Of a DNA stretch of 64,000 bases, positions 43,397-54,171 are shown piece by piece. Below the pieces are notes generated by a model, which did no database searches, was not told the origin of the DNA, and saw only the letters and a list, made by a program, of their open reading frames with translations. Source of the DNA: Candidatus Amesbacteria bacterium GW2011_GWB1_47_19. GTDB taxonomy: Bacteria; Patescibacteriota; Microgenomatia; CAZETR01; Amesbacteraceae. Within the stretch, counting starts at the first letter, position 1; each line of letters starts with the position of its first letter. Both the position numbers and the translations under genes were made by a program. The stretch is taken from NCBI GenBank assembly GCA_001002325.1, contig LCNZ01000005.1, positions 18,274 to 82,273 on the forward strand, given 5' to 3'.

Positions 43397-46237
43397 CTAT
43401 TTCAGGAACCGCCCCGTAGGGGAACCGGAGACGGATGCCAGTTTATGAGGCGGTCCGGCAGCAATCAAACGCCCGCCGTCATCGCCACCTTCGGGACCGA
43501 GCTCTATAATCCAGTCGGCATTTTTTATAACATCCAAATTATGCTCGATGACCACCACGGTGTTACCCGCGGCAACCAAACGGTGAAGGACCAAAAGAAG
43601 TTTTTCCAAATCGGCAAAATGCAGTCCGGTGGTGGGTTCGTCGAGTATATAAAAAGCCCTTTTGCCCGTAGAACGCTTGGATAATTCGGTGGCTAGCTTT
43701 ACCCGCTGGGCTTCACCTCCCGAAAGCGTTGGTGCAGGTTGTCCGAGGCGAATATAATCCAGGCCAACATCCTTTAAAGTCCGCAGTTTTTCCTGAGCCT
43801 GGGGAATGTTGGCAAAAAAATCCAGAGCCTCCTCGACTGTCATTTCTAACACGTCGGCGATGTTTTTATTTTTGAATGAGACTTCCAGAGTTTCGGAATT
43901 GTAGCGTGAACCCCCACAGAGTTCACATTTGACGTAAACATCGGGCAAAAACTGCATTTCTATTTTGATCTGTCCTTCCCCCTGGCAATTTTCGCAGCGG
44001 CCGCCCCTGACGTTAAATGAAAACCTACCGGGCAGATAACCGCGGATACGGGCTTGGGAGGTGAGGGCGAAAATATCGCGGACCGGCGTAAAAAGTCCGG
44101 TGTATGTAGCGGGATTTGAGCGGGGGGTGCGGCCGATGGGAGACTGATCGACCATGATGACCCGGCTAATACTGTCCATTCCTTCCAAACGATCAAACGT
44201 ACCTGGTTTTTCGCGGTGTTCCCGGCTCAAGTGAGATGCCAGGGCATGATATAAAATATCTATCAAAAGAGTAGATTTACCTGAACCGGAAACACCGGCA
44301 ACAACTATGAATTTTCCCAAAGGGAAACTGACGTCAATATGCTGCAAATTGTGTTCGGAAGCACCGTATACAGTCAGTTGATCAGTGGTCAGATGACTGG
44401 TGAGGGGGAGCGGCCGGAGAGTGATCTGTTTTTTACCGGACAGATATTGACCGGTAAGGGAAGCGGGATCGGAAGCGATATGGCGGGGAGTACCTCGGGA
44501 AACAATTTTGCCCCCGTGATCTCCGGCTCCTGGCCCGAAATCGATAATCCAGTCACTCTGATTCATCATATCCCGGTCGTGTTCGACTACAATTACAGAG
44601 TTTCCCAGGTCACGCAGGCGTTTGAGAGTGTCGATCAAGCGTTGATTGTCCCGCTGATGCAGACCAATCGACGGTTCATCCAGAACGTATAAAACCCCTG
44701 ACAGACCGCTGCCAATCTGCGAAGCCAGGCGAATACGCTGGGCTTCTCCGCCGGCCAGGGAGTTAGCCGGGCGGTCCAGTGTCAGATAATCCAAGCCCAC
44801 GGACACAAGAAAATTAAGCCGTTCGGATATTTCCTTGAGTATGGGACGGGAGACAGTCTGATCACGCGAATTCAATGAAGGAAGAGAGCCAAGAACCGAC
44901 AAAGTTCCGGTTATGGACATACGGGTAATTTCAACAATGGATTTTGCGTCAATAGTTACGGAAAGGGCTTCCGGTTTGAGACGAGCTCCACGGCAGGAAG
45001 GGCAAATTTCCTTGCGCATATATTTTTCTATCTCGTTTCTTATGAAGTCGGATTGGGTTTGACGGTGGCGGCGGGAGAGATTGGGAATAATGCCTTCAAA
45101 AGAAATGATTTCATCGGTACCGAATAAAAGGATTTTCTTCTGAGACGGGGTTAATTCCTTAATCGGGATACGCAGGGGGACGATGGCGCCGATTTTTTGG
45201 GAAAACCAGGAATCGTAACTGAAAATATTGGCATAAGGAAGTATTCCCCCCTCACTGATAGTCAGATTGGGATTGAGGATGAGATTTTCGTCAATTTTGA
45301 GAAGTGTTCCCAACCCTGTGCAGGTAGTACAAGCACCATGGGGAGAATTGAAGGAAAACATCCGGGGTTCGATGGGGGGAAGAGATATATTGTCGACGGG
45401 ACAGGAAAATTTTTCAGAAAATAAGTGGTCATCCAGATGTGAAGGACGATCTGGCAGATCGAAAGATTTGTCAAGAATTTCCGTGACTATGCACAGACCC
45501 TCAGACAGTTTTAGTGCCTGTTCGACCGAGTCAAACAGGCGGCTGCGCAACGAGGAAATATCGACCAACTGCGGTTTGGTGACCGAAAGACGATCTATCA
45601 CCACGTCGATGGCGTGCTTGTTGTTTTTCAGAAGAAAAACGTCTTCGTCCAGTCCTACAATCTTGCCGTCGATACGAATCTGAGAATAACCTTTTTGGCG
45701 AAGACTGCCAAAAAGGTCTTTAAATTCTCCTTTTCTATCTCTGATTACGGGAGACAGCAGCAGAAAACGGAATTGCCTGTGAGCAGAAAGTTTTTCGCGG
45801 GTAAGGACAAATATTTGTTCCACGATTTGCTGGGCGGACATTTGAGATATCTCTCGGCCGCATTTCGGACAGTGGGGGTGACCGATCCGGGCGAATAAAA
45901 GACGGAGATAGTCGTAAATTTCGGTGACCGTACCGACCGTGGAACGGGGATTATGGGAAGCACTTTTCTGATCTATGGAAATGGCCGGGGAAAGACCGGT
46001 AATATTGTCTACATCGGGTTTGTCCATGACTCCCAGGAATTGACGGGCATAAGAGGATAATGATTCCACGTAACGCCGCTGGCCTTCGGCATAGATGGTA
46101 TCAAATGCCATTGAGCTTTTGCCGGAACCTGATAGACCGGTAAAGACCACCAACTTATTTTTGGGAATGTCCAAATCGACATTTTTCAGGTTATGTTCAC
46201 GGGCACCCCTGACTTTGATGAAATCGTTCATTTTCAA
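43397..46237 (-). CDS. uvrA: Excinuclease ABC subunit A
   Basis: GAREHNLK, GLSGSGKSS, two ABC signatures, Zn fingers. Confidence 0.98.
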   Translation of the reverse strand: MKMNDFIKVRGAREHNLKNVDLDIPKNKLVVFTGLSGSGKSSMAFDTIYAEGQRRYVESLSSYARQFLGVMDKPDVDNITGLSPAISIDQKSASHNPRSTVGTVTEIYDYLRLLFARIGHPHCPKCGREISQMSAQQIVEQIFVLTREKLSAHRQFRFLLLSPVIRDRKGEFKDLFGSLRQKGYSQIRIDGKIVGLDEDVFLLKNNKHAIDVVIDRLSVTKPQLVDISSLRSRLFDSVEQALKLSEGLCIVTEILDKSFDLPDRPSHLDDHLFSEKFSCPVDNISLPPIEPRMFSFNSPHGACTTCTGLGTLLKIDENLILNPNLTISEGGILPYANIFSYDSWFSQKIGAIVPLRIPIKELTPSQKKILLFGTDEIISFEGIIPNLSRRHRQTQSDFIRNEIEKYMRKEICPSCRGARLKPEALSVTIDAKSIVEITRMSITGTLSVLGSLPSLNSRDQTVSRPILKEISERLNFLVSVGLDYLTLDRPANSLAGGEAQRIRLASQIGSGLSGVLYVLDEPSIGLHQRDNQRLIDTLKRLRDLGNSVIVVEHDRDMMNQSDWIIDFGPGAGDHGGKIVSRGTPRHIASDPASLTGQYLSGKKQITLRPLPLTSHLTTDQLTVYGASEHNLQHIDVSFPLGKFIVVAGVSGSGKSTLLIDILYHALASHLSREHREKPGTFDRLEGMDSISRVIMVDQSPIGRTPRSNPATYTGLFTPVRDIFALTSQARIRGYLPGRFSFNVRGGRCENCQGEGQIKIEMQFLPDVYVKCELCGGSRYNSETLEVSFKNKNIADVLEMTVEEALDFFANIPQAQEKLRTLKDVGLDYIRLGQPAPTLSGGEAQRVKLATELSKRSTGKRAFYILDEPTTGLHFADLEKLLLVLHRLVAAGNTVVVIEHNLDVIKNADWIIELGPEGGDDGGRLIAAGPPHKLASVSGSPTGRFLK

Positions 46238-46532
46238 ACAATTATTGTACTACGGGTTTCGGGTTTTGTTCAAGTATCAGAAGAGGTTATTTGGAAAGAT
46301 GCTTACCATCCTGGGTCACATGTTTTTTTAAGCATTCCGGTTTCCTGGTTTGAGGAGCTTTTTGGGGATTTCCGGGATGATGAAGTTTTTCGGTCCGGGG
46401 CTTGGGTTTCCAACCTTTCATGAATTCCGCCGATACCATGGTATTTTTATAATTAAATGAAGCTGACTATTTGTCAATAAGAGATTTTAGAGAATCCTTT
46501 ATAATATGCTATAGGTTATGATATAATAACGA

Positions 46533-46781
46533 ATGGGAAAAAATGAAACAGAAAGCGATATTCATTGTGAGGTGATAGGCGATGTATGTAAGCATATAGG
46601 TGAAGGAAGGGGGAAATGTATGTTTTGTACGGATGCAACGAGACACTTTATTGATTTGGTAAAAAAACTGGGTATTAAAAAAGGTGAAATTAAAACCGAC
46701 GGGTCTGAGGACGGTAACAGATTTACGGTGTATACAGATAATGGCTGGAGACGGAGTATAAGGAGCGGTAGGATCAGCTAA
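46533..46781 (+). CDS. Small Cys-containing hypothetical protein
   Basis: 82 aa, C...C.H...CxxC, AT-rich, between uvrA and uvrB. Confidence 0.5.
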   Translation: MGKNETESDIHCEVIGDVCKHIGEGRGKCMFCTDATRHFIDLVKKLGIKKGEIKTDGSEDGNRFTVYTDNGWRRSIRSGRIS

Positions 46782-46787
46782 GTTCAG

Positions 46788-48818
46788 TTACTTATCTTTT
46801 AAACCTCGAATCTCGGCTATACGGTCGCGGATTTTGGCGGCAAGTTCGAAATCCAGGTTTTTGGCGGCCCTGATCATGTCACGGTTCATTATTTTTACCA
46901 GTTTGGTGAGGTCCGAAGGGGTAAGCTGGAAAACACGAGACATGTCCACATCGGAAGCGTCAAGTGAACGGCCTTTGAGAATCTGTGCGGGATCGAGTTT
47001 GACCGGAGAGTCTTCGGTTGCTGCCTCGACAATCCTTTCCCGGATGGGCTTGGTAATACTGGCAGGAATAATATGGTGTTTGAGGTTATATTCCAGCTGG
47101 ATCTCTCTCCGGCGTTCGACCTCGGAGATAGCATGGCGCATGGAGTCAGTAATGTGATCAGCATACATAATCACCTGACCGTCTACATGACGGGCAGCTC
47201 TGCCCATGGTCTGAATCAGGGACGTTCGGGATCGCAAAAATCCTTCCTTGTCCGCATCCAAAATTGCCACCAGCGAAACTTCGGGTAAATCCAAACCTTC
47301 GCGCAATAAATTGATGCCTACTACCACATCGTAAGTTCCGGAGCGCAAATCGCTGAGCACATCCAGGCGGGTTAAGGTCTCGATATCCGCATGCAGATAA
47401 TGGACTTTTATGCCGTGTTCCTGAAGGTAGGCGGACAGATCTTCAGCCATCCTTTTGGTAAGGGTGGTAACCAGAACCCGCTGACCGCGGGAGGTGCGAT
47501 CTGAGATATGAGAAACGAGAGATGAAATTTGATTTTTGGTCGGTAGAACCAGGATCTGTGGGTCAACCAGGCCGGTGGGACGGATGAGCTGTTCGACTAT
47601 TTGACCCGATGACAGGGATATTTCCCAGTCGTTGGGAGTAGCAGAGGTGTACATTGTCAACCCCATACGCCTCTGGAATTCGTCAAACTTGAGCGGCCGG
47701 TTGTCCAGAGCAGAAGGCAAGCGGAAACCAAAATCTATAAGTGTCTGCTTGCGGGATCTGTCTCCGTTGTACATTCCGCGGACCTGAGGGACCGTAATGT
47801 GAGACTCGTCGATAATCAATAAGTAATCCTTGGGAAAATAATCAAGAAGACTGTATGGCGGGTCACCGGGATTACGACCGTCAAAATAACGGGAGTAATT
47901 TTCGATGCCGTTGACGTATCCCAATTCGCGGATCATTTCCAAATCGTAGGTGACACGCTGATGTAGCCGATGCGCCTCCAGAATTTTTCCTGATCCGCGC
48001 AGCAACTTTTCCTGTGAGGTCAAGTCGGAAGTGATCTGAGAAAATATTTCATTCTGATTATCGCGTGAAGCGATGTAATGCTTGGCGGGATAGATCACAT
48101 GATTGATGATTGGAGATTCAGGATTGATGATTTCTCCCGTAAAGGAATTAATTTTTTCAATTTTTGTGATTTTTATTCCGTCGTGACGGATGCGGACGGC
48201 CGTATCCTCATAAGCCGGATAGATATCGATTACTTCACCCCTGAGACGGTAAGTTCCCCGGCGGAAGTCAAAATCAGAGCGGGAATATTGAAGATGGTTG
48301 AGGCGCAGCGTGATCTGTTCCCGGGTAACTTTCAAACCGGGAACAAGTTCAAGTACAGATTTGCCATATTCAGCCGGTGAGCCGAGGTTGTAGATACATG
48401 AGACCGAAGCTACAACCAGAGTATCTTTGCGGGTAAGCAGGTTCGTGGTAGCTGCTAAACGAAGCTTGTCGATCTCGGCGTTGATGTCTGTTTCTTTTTC
48501 GATGTAAGTGTCGGTTGAGGGAATATATGCTTCGGGCTGGTAATAATCGTAATAGGACACAAAATATGAGACAGCGTTGTCAGGGAAATATTCTTTGAAT
48601 TCCTGATAAAGCTGGGCAGCTAGAGTCTTGTTATGGGAAATTATCAGAGTGGGTTTCTGATATGCAGCAATAACGTTGGCCATGGTAAAAGTTTTGCCGC
48701 TGCCGGTAACTCCCAGAAGCACCTGATGGGACTGGCCGGACTTCAGACCAGCGATCAATTTTTCAATCGCCTGTGGCTGATCACCGGTGGCATGATATGG
48801 AGAGACTAATTTAAACAT
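46788..48818 (-). CDS. uvrB: Excinuclease ABC subunit B
   Basis: GDQPQAI, GVTGSGKT, YYDYYQPEAY, DESH, REGLD. Confidence 0.98.
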   Translation of the reverse strand: MFKLVSPYHATGDQPQAIEKLIAGLKSGQSHQVLLGVTGSGKTFTMANVIAAYQKPTLIISHNKTLAAQLYQEFKEYFPDNAVSYFVSYYDYYQPEAYIPSTDTYIEKETDINAEIDKLRLAATTNLLTRKDTLVVASVSCIYNLGSPAEYGKSVLELVPGLKVTREQITLRLNHLQYSRSDFDFRRGTYRLRGEVIDIYPAYEDTAVRIRHDGIKITKIEKINSFTGEIINPESPIINHVIYPAKHYIASRDNQNEIFSQITSDLTSQEKLLRGSGKILEAHRLHQRVTYDLEMIRELGYVNGIENYSRYFDGRNPGDPPYSLLDYFPKDYLLIIDESHITVPQVRGMYNGDRSRKQTLIDFGFRLPSALDNRPLKFDEFQRRMGLTMYTSATPNDWEISLSSGQIVEQLIRPTGLVDPQILVLPTKNQISSLVSHISDRTSRGQRVLVTTLTKRMAEDLSAYLQEHGIKVHYLHADIETLTRLDVLSDLRSGTYDVVVGINLLREGLDLPEVSLVAILDADKEGFLRSRTSLIQTMGRAARHVDGQVIMYADHITDSMRHAISEVERRREIQLEYNLKHHIIPASITKPIRERIVEAATEDSPVKLDPAQILKGRSLDASDVDMSRVFQLTPSDLTKLVKIMNRDMIRAAKNLDFELAAKIRDRIAEIRGLKDK

Positions 48819-48830
48819 TTATTATGAGTA

Positions 48831-48860
48831 TTGACATTTGGGTAATGTTCGGTTTATATT
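48831..48860 (+). promoter_or_regulatory. lexA promoter in the 48-bp divergent uvrB/lexA spacer
   Basis: TTGACA-18-TATATT, ATG 6 nt later. Confidence 0.6.
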
Positions 48861-48866
48861 ATAGAT

Positions 48867-49511
48867 ATGCCGGTGACACTTTACAACAGACAGAGACAAA
48901 TTTTAGATTTTATCGCCCAATTTATCCAGAGGAACGGTTACTCCCCTACTCTTCAGGAAATTGCTGGAGCTTTGGGAGTATCTTCCCTGGCAACGGTTCA
49001 TGAACACTTGGAAGCAATGTCTAAAAAAGGCATCATCAAAAGGTTTGAGGGCACGGTCCGGGGGATAGAAATCCTGGATAAGGAGGTGGCGGCCCGCCAG
49101 GCGGCGGGCCCAGCGGCCGTGGAACTGCCTATCTTAGGATTTATTGCCGCCGGGCAGCCGATTGAGCCGTTTACCGATCCCAACGCCACGTTCGGAGTAC
49201 CGCCACTGATGGTGTCACCGAAAAAGAGATGTTTCGTCCTGCAGGTAAAAGGTGAATCCATGATTGAAGCGGGGATTTTTGACAGGGACTACGTGGTGAT
49301 TGAACAAACAGAAACTGCAAAAGACGGGGAAGTGGTGGTAGCTTTGTTGGATAACGGGTTTGCTACCCTGAAGAGATTCTTTAAGGAGGCTACCAGAATC
49401 CGCCTGGAACCGGCCAATTCCAGCATGTCCCCTATTTTCGTGGCAGGTGATAAGGTCAGGATACAGGGGAAAGTAGTGGGAGTTATCAGAAGGTATAATC
49501 AGGTAAATTAG
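48867..49511 (+). CDS. lexA: SOS repressor LexA
   Basis: GYSPTLQEIA HTH, IAAG cleavage site, GESM, TLKRF. Confidence 0.96.
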   Translation: MPVTLYNRQRQILDFIAQFIQRNGYSPTLQEIAGALGVSSLATVHEHLEAMSKKGIIKRFEGTVRGIEILDKEVAARQAAGPAAVELPILGFIAAGQPIEPFTDPNATFGVPPLMVSPKKRCFVLQVKGESMIEAGIFDRDYVVIEQTETAKDGEVVVALLDNGFATLKRFFKEATRIRLEPANSSMSPIFVAGDKVRIQGKVVGVIRRYNQVN

Positions 49512-49517
49512 ATCCAT

Positions 49518-49805
49518 ATGAACGATATTCAGTATGATCAGTTGGTTCGTATATACGGACTTGAAAGAACCGACAAGTACGTAAGTGCAGTAGATGTTGA
49601 AAAATGTAATTATTATAGAATATTGGGATTATTAGCCTAAGCAGTAGAAGAGGTTGCTGCCCCCCCTGAGAATCCAGCCGTAAAAGTCATTATCAGAGAT
49701 GGTTTACGGCCTAATCATAGTCAATTACTAGGAGCGAGGAGGTTCAACCGTCGCGGAGGCAAGATTTTTATAAAGATAGGAAGAGAAGAAGATAATCCGA
49801 CATAG
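49518..49805 (+). pseudogene. Interrupted hypothetical ORF
   Basis: 96-codon frame with a single in-frame TAA at 49638-49640. Confidence 0.4.
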
Positions 49806-49832
49806 AAATAAGTTAAGAATTAAATCGCAAGA

Positions 49833-50453
49833 CTAACCACGGCGGAGACGGTTGGAAATGAAGTGGTAAATTATGGGAGCGACGGAGAGGAAGATGATGG
49901 CGAGGATGACCAGGGTGAAGTTGTGTTTGACGGTGGGGATATTGCCGAAGAAGTAACCGGTCAGGGTGAAAGCAAATACCCAAACCAGCCCTCCGAAGAT
50001 GTTATAAGAGATAAATTTGGAATATTCCATTTTGCCTATTCCGGCCACAAAGGGGGCAAAAGTTCGCACGATAGGTACAAAACGGGCCAGAAATATGGTT
50101 TTCCCCCCATGTTTGGCAAAAAAAGCATTGGTCTGGTCGATGTGGTGCTTGTTGATCGGGATTTTCGGGTTAGCGATAATTTTTTCACCGAAAAAATGGC
50201 CTATCCAATAATTGGCGGTGTCTCCCAGAACGGCAGCAAAAAAGAGCAGGCCCAATAAAAGATAAAGGTTAAGTGAACCCATGGCGGCAAAAGCACCGGA
50301 TGCGAACAAAAGACTGTCACCGGGAAGAAATGGGGTGATGACAAAGCCGGTTTCCAGAAAAATTATGAAAAACAAGATGGCATATACAAAAACACCGTAA
50401 TTGGCTATCAGCTCTCCCAGATGCACGTCGATATGCAGTATAAAATCGATCAC
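49833..50453 (-). CDS. dedA: DedA family membrane protein
   Basis: FLETG...PFLPGDSLLF, GDTANY, ARFVPIVRTFAPFVAG. Confidence 0.93.
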   Translation of the reverse strand: MIDFILHIDVHLGELIANYGVFVYAILFFIIFLETGFVITPFLPGDSLLFASGAFAAMGSLNLYLLLGLLFFAAVLGDTANYWIGHFFGEKIIANPKIPINKHHIDQTNAFFAKHGGKTIFLARFVPIVRTFAPFVAGIGKMEYSKFISYNIFGGLVWVFAFTLTGYFFGNIPTVKHNFTLVILAIIFLSVAPIIYHFISNRLRRG

Positions 50454-50475
50454 AGGTTATAATAATAATGGATAT

Positions 50476-51162
50476 ATGGGTAAGTTGTACATAGTCGCCA
50501 CACCGATTGGTAATCTGGAAGACATTACCATCAGAGCGGTCAGGATTTTGCTGGAGACTGAAGTAATAGTGTGCGAGGATACAAGACGTACCGGGATCTT
50601 GATAAAACTTATTTTTGAAAAGTTCGGTACTTCAATTTTCAATTTTCAATATAAAAATTCCAAAAAAAAGAAATTTATTTCCGTCAGGGATTGGAATGAA
50701 GCGGAAATGTTACCAAAGGTGCTGGAAGAATTGGAGAAGGGGGATGTGGCTGTAGTAAGCGATGCCGGGACTCCCCTGTTATCAGACCCGGGTTTTAAGC
50801 TGGTGAGAGCCGCCAGAAAGGGTGGATTTAACGTCTCCCCTATCCCCGGTCCGTTCGCGGGAGCGGCGGCCCTGAGCGCCGCAGGATTGCCTACCAATAA
50901 ATTTATGTTTTGGGGATTTTTACCCAAAAAATGGGAGCTGTTACCCGGAATGACGCATGTGATTTATGAGTCACCGATAAGACTTAGTAAGACTTTGGAG
51001 ATTATTTCCGGGAGATATCCAAATGCGGAAGTTGTAGTAGCCAGGGAGATGACTAAGATACACGAGAAAATTTACAATTTTAAATTTGAAATTTTAAATC
51101 AAGAACAAAATTCAAAAACAAAGGGAGAGGCGACGATTCTGGTATATTTTCCGGAGATTTAA
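50476..51162 (+). CDS. rsmI: 16S rRNA C1402 2'-O-methyltransferase
   Basis: LYIVATPIGNLEDIT, CEDTR, SDAGTP, YESP, REMTKIHE. Confidence 0.95.
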   Translation: MGKLYIVATPIGNLEDITIRAVRILLETEVIVCEDTRRTGILIKLIFEKFGTSIFNFQYKNSKKKKFISVRDWNEAEMLPKVLEELEKGDVAVVSDAGTPLLSDPGFKLVRAARKGGFNVSPIPGPFAGAAALSAAGLPTNKFMFWGFLPKKWELLPGMTHVIYESPIRLSKTLEIISGRYPNAEVVVAREMTKIHEKIYNFKFEILNQEQNSKTKGEATILVYFPEI

Positions 51163-51392
51163 AGTTTTGACTTGGTAACACTATTCGGAAAGAATCTTTT
51201 CATAGTTGACCTGGACGTTCGGATTTTAACTATACTAGGTTTGACAGCTGTTGATGCCAATATTTCAAGATCCTCGGCGGTAGGATTTCTTGCTAAAAAA
51301 GCTAGTAAATATCCCCATGCTGTTACCGGACTGGGTATGGTTTGAGGTTCAACTTCTTTGAGGCGGATTGATTCATGTATTGCTTTTGCCAT
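51159..51392 (-). CDS. Small hypothetical protein
   Basis: 77 aa with TTGACA/TATAAT-like elements upstream. Confidence 0.5.
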   Translation of the reverse strand: MAKAIHESIRLKEVEPQTIPSPVTAWGYLLAFLARNPTAEDLEILASTAVKPSIVKIRTSRSTMKRFFPNSVTKSKL

Positions 51393-51427
51393 GACTGAAT
51401 TATACTACAAGCCGAAGCATTGTCAAT

Positions 51428-53080
51428 TTAAGTTTGGGGGAGGGTGGAGAGGAGGTTGCGGCCGGTCATATTGATGGGGATGGGAATTTTCATAAGCGAC
51501 AACAGAGTGGGTGCGACATCGGCAAGTATACCCTGGGAAACCTGGGCAGAAAAACGCATGGAATTGCCGGCTACAATAAACGGCACGGGATTGGCATTGT
51601 GCTCGGTATCCACGCCTCCCGTGGCCATATTTATCATTTCTTCAGCATTACCGTGATCTGCGGTTAATACCAGCACACCGTCGCTGCCGATTACCGTGGC
51701 GGCCAAATCGGTGAGACAGCTGTCAACGGTCTGACAAGCTTTGACCGTGGCTTCAATGTTTCCGGTATGTCCGACCATATCGGGGTTGGCATAATTTATG
51801 ACAATCAGGTCATGGTTGGCAGAGCGGATCATGGCAATCACCCTGTCGGTAATTTCCCTGGCTGACATTTCCGGTTTTTTGTCATATGTGGGGACATTGG
51901 GGGATGGAATAATCAGGCGGTCTTCACCAATAAACGCCTCTTCACGAAGTCCGTTAAAATAGTAAGTGACAAACCGCTCTTTTTCGGATTCACAGATACG
52001 CAGCTGACGCAGGCCATGATCAGCAACGACGCGACCCAAAGGGTTTTCCACCACTTGTGGAGGAAAAGCGACATTAACAGGAAGATTTTTTTCATATTCG
52101 GTCATGGTGACAAAAAACAGATTTTTGAGCATTTTGGGACGGGAAAAAGGCTGCTGTTTTGATACCATGGAAGCGTCTATCTCATGCTTTTTGAGGTATT
52201 TGATAGCATAAGGGTCGAACCCGACAATGTTGGCGGTTTTTTCGAAATCGGGCAGGACAAAGGATTTTGCCAGCTGCCGGGGACGGTCAATGCGAAAATT
52301 GACGAAAATTACAGCATCGTTATCTTTTATGAGAGCTGTGGGACGGTTGTCGGAATCGGTAATGATCGTAGGTTCGACAAATTCATCAGTCTGGTTGGCG
52401 GCATAGGACTGAGTGATGACCTGTTCCACGGAAGAAGCGGTTTTACCCCGACCTTCGGTGAGACAAAAATAAGCTTTCGCTGTTCGGTCCCAGCGAAAAT
52501 CTCGGTCCATGGCATAATACCTGCCCATGACAGAGGCGATTTTGCCGATACCCTCGCGAGCAATAACGGTCTGTAATTGTTTGATATAAGTCATAGCGGC
52601 GGAAGGGGGTGAATCCCGCCCGTCAGTAAAAATATGCAAAAATATGTCAGGCAAAAGCTGTTCATGACAAAATCGGAGAAGGGCAAAGAAATGCGACAAA
52701 TCGGAATGGACTCCTCCACCCCCCACCAAACCCAGGAGATGCAGACGGGATTTGTGGGCGGTGAGGTGCTTGGCGGCAGAGATCAGAGCGGTATTCTGAA
52801 AGAAACTGCCGTCGGCGATGGACATGTTAATCCGGGGTAAATCCTGGTAAATAATACGGCCGGCTCCCAGATTTAAGTGGCCGGTTTCGGTATTGCCGGG
52901 TTCACGTTTGGGCAGACCCACGGATTCACCGTGAGCTATCAGCTGGGTGTGGACATAAGCCGAAGACAGAGAAGAAAAAGTTGGGGTATTTGCCTGGGAA
53001 ATGGCGTTTCCCTTTCCGGGAGGGGCAATGCCCCAACCATCCAGTATTGCTAAAACGACTTGTCGGATATTTTTGGCCAT
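51428..53080 (-). CDS. gpmI: 2,3-BPG-independent phosphoglycerate mutase
   Basis: ILDGWG, GNTETGH, DGRD, GRYYAMDRD, NPDMVGHTG, TADHGNAE. Confidence 0.96.
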   Translation of the reverse strand: MAKNIRQVVLAILDGWGIAPPGKGNAISQANTPTFSSLSSAYVHTQLIAHGESVGLPKREPGNTETGHLNLGAGRIIYQDLPRINMSIADGSFFQNTALISAAKHLTAHKSRLHLLGLVGGGGVHSDLSHFFALLRFCHEQLLPDIFLHIFTDGRDSPPSAAMTYIKQLQTVIAREGIGKIASVMGRYYAMDRDFRWDRTAKAYFCLTEGRGKTASSVEQVITQSYAANQTDEFVEPTIITDSDNRPTALIKDNDAVIFVNFRIDRPRQLAKSFVLPDFEKTANIVGFDPYAIKYLKKHEIDASMVSKQQPFSRPKMLKNLFFVTMTEYEKNLPVNVAFPPQVVENPLGRVVADHGLRQLRICESEKERFVTYYFNGLREEAFIGEDRLIIPSPNVPTYDKKPEMSAREITDRVIAMIRSANHDLIVINYANPDMVGHTGNIEATVKACQTVDSCLTDLAATVIGSDGVLVLTADHGNAEEMINMATGGVDTEHNANPVPFIVAGNSMRFSAQVSQGILADVAPTLLSLMKIPIPINMTGRNLLSTLPQT

Positions 53081-53130
53081 ATCGCTATTAATTAAATATA
53101 ACACTTGTGATAGCATTAACTCAAAAGCGG

Positions 53131-54171
53131 ATGATAATTGAATTAATTGAACCCAGGAAAATAATTTCGTCGATGGGAAGCGATACGGTGGAGGTGAGGA
53201 TGGTGACTGCGGCCGGGGAATATACGGCATCCGTTCCGGCAGGAATCTCCGCCGGAAAATATGAGGTATCAAAAGTGTCTCCTGAGGAAGCGATAGTCCA
53301 AATAGATGAATTTAAGAAAGAATTAACAGGGAAGGAATTTAATCAGCTGGGGTTGGACGAAATATTAAATAAATCCAATTTGGGGGGAAATGCCAAACTG
53401 GCGGTGTCGGCGGCTTTCTGGAAATCGGAAGTCAGATCAAAACTCAGAAAATATCAAAAATTTCCTAAGCTGTTCACACTAATGTTTGAAGGAGGCAAAC
53501 ACGGAAATCCGGAAATTACCATACAGGAAATTGCAGTGGTGGAAGATACAGTAAATACAGCTGTGATTGATTTTCAGGTGCTGAAAAAATATCTTGAAAA
53601 TCAAGGGACGGAGACGACCGTGGGGGCTGAAGGGGCATTTTCTCCGAAAGACTGGGATAACGAACGAGTTTTACAAACCATAAGCGATGTGTTTGGAGAG
53701 AAAAAAATGGCTTTGGATATGGCCGGAAGTTTTATTCCCGATTCATTGAATATAAAGGAAATTATCGCAAAGTATCCGGTGTTTTCCGTGGAGGATCCGT
53801 TTGACGATGAAAGCTGGAATGAATGGAAAACATTTTATGAAGATTATAAAGACAAAATATTGATAGTAGGTGACGATTTGACAGCGACGAACCCAATCCG
53901 ATTGCAGATGGCAACCAATCCCAGAGTTATTAATGCAATGGTAATTAAGCCAAACCAGAACGGGACGATCAGCGGAACCATAGAAACTGCCAAAATAGCC
54001 AGAGAAAACGGTATAGCAACTGTGGTTTCCCACCGGGGTGAAGAGACGGATGATGACTGGCTGGTAGACCTGGCTTTAGAAATAGAAGCTGATTATGTGA
54101 AGTTCGGCGGATTGGAAAGAGGAGAACGGGTGGCAAAGTATAACAGACTCAGAGAATTGGGAATGACATAA
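53131..54171 (+). CDS. Divergent short enolase paralogue
   Basis: VPAGISAG, GGKH, QE, GAEGAF, EDP, VGDDL, IKPNQ, SHRGEET, ERVAKYN. Confidence 0.88.
   Translation: MIIELIEPRKIISSMGSDTVEVRMVTAAGEYTASVPAGISAGKYEVSKVSPEEAIVQIDEFKKELTGKEFNQLGLDEILNKSNLGGNAKLAVSAAFWKSEVRSKLRKYQKFPKLFTLMFEGGKHGNPEITIQEIAVVEDTVNTAVIDFQVLKKYLENQGTETTVGAEGAFSPKDWDNERVLQTISDVFGEKKMALDMAGSFIPDSLNIKEIIAKYPVFSVEDPFDDESWNEWKTFYEDYKDKILIVGDDLTATNPIRLQMATNPRVINAMVIKPNQNGTISGTIETAKIARENGIATVVSHRGEETDDDWLVDLALEIEADYVKFGGLERGERVAKYNRLRELGMT

Noticed and set aside
53081-53272. N-terminal extension of gpmI (similarly rsmI 50401 and RNHCP 10252)
   Set aside because: Overlaps divergent genes or tRNAs; conserved sequence begins at downstream ATGs.
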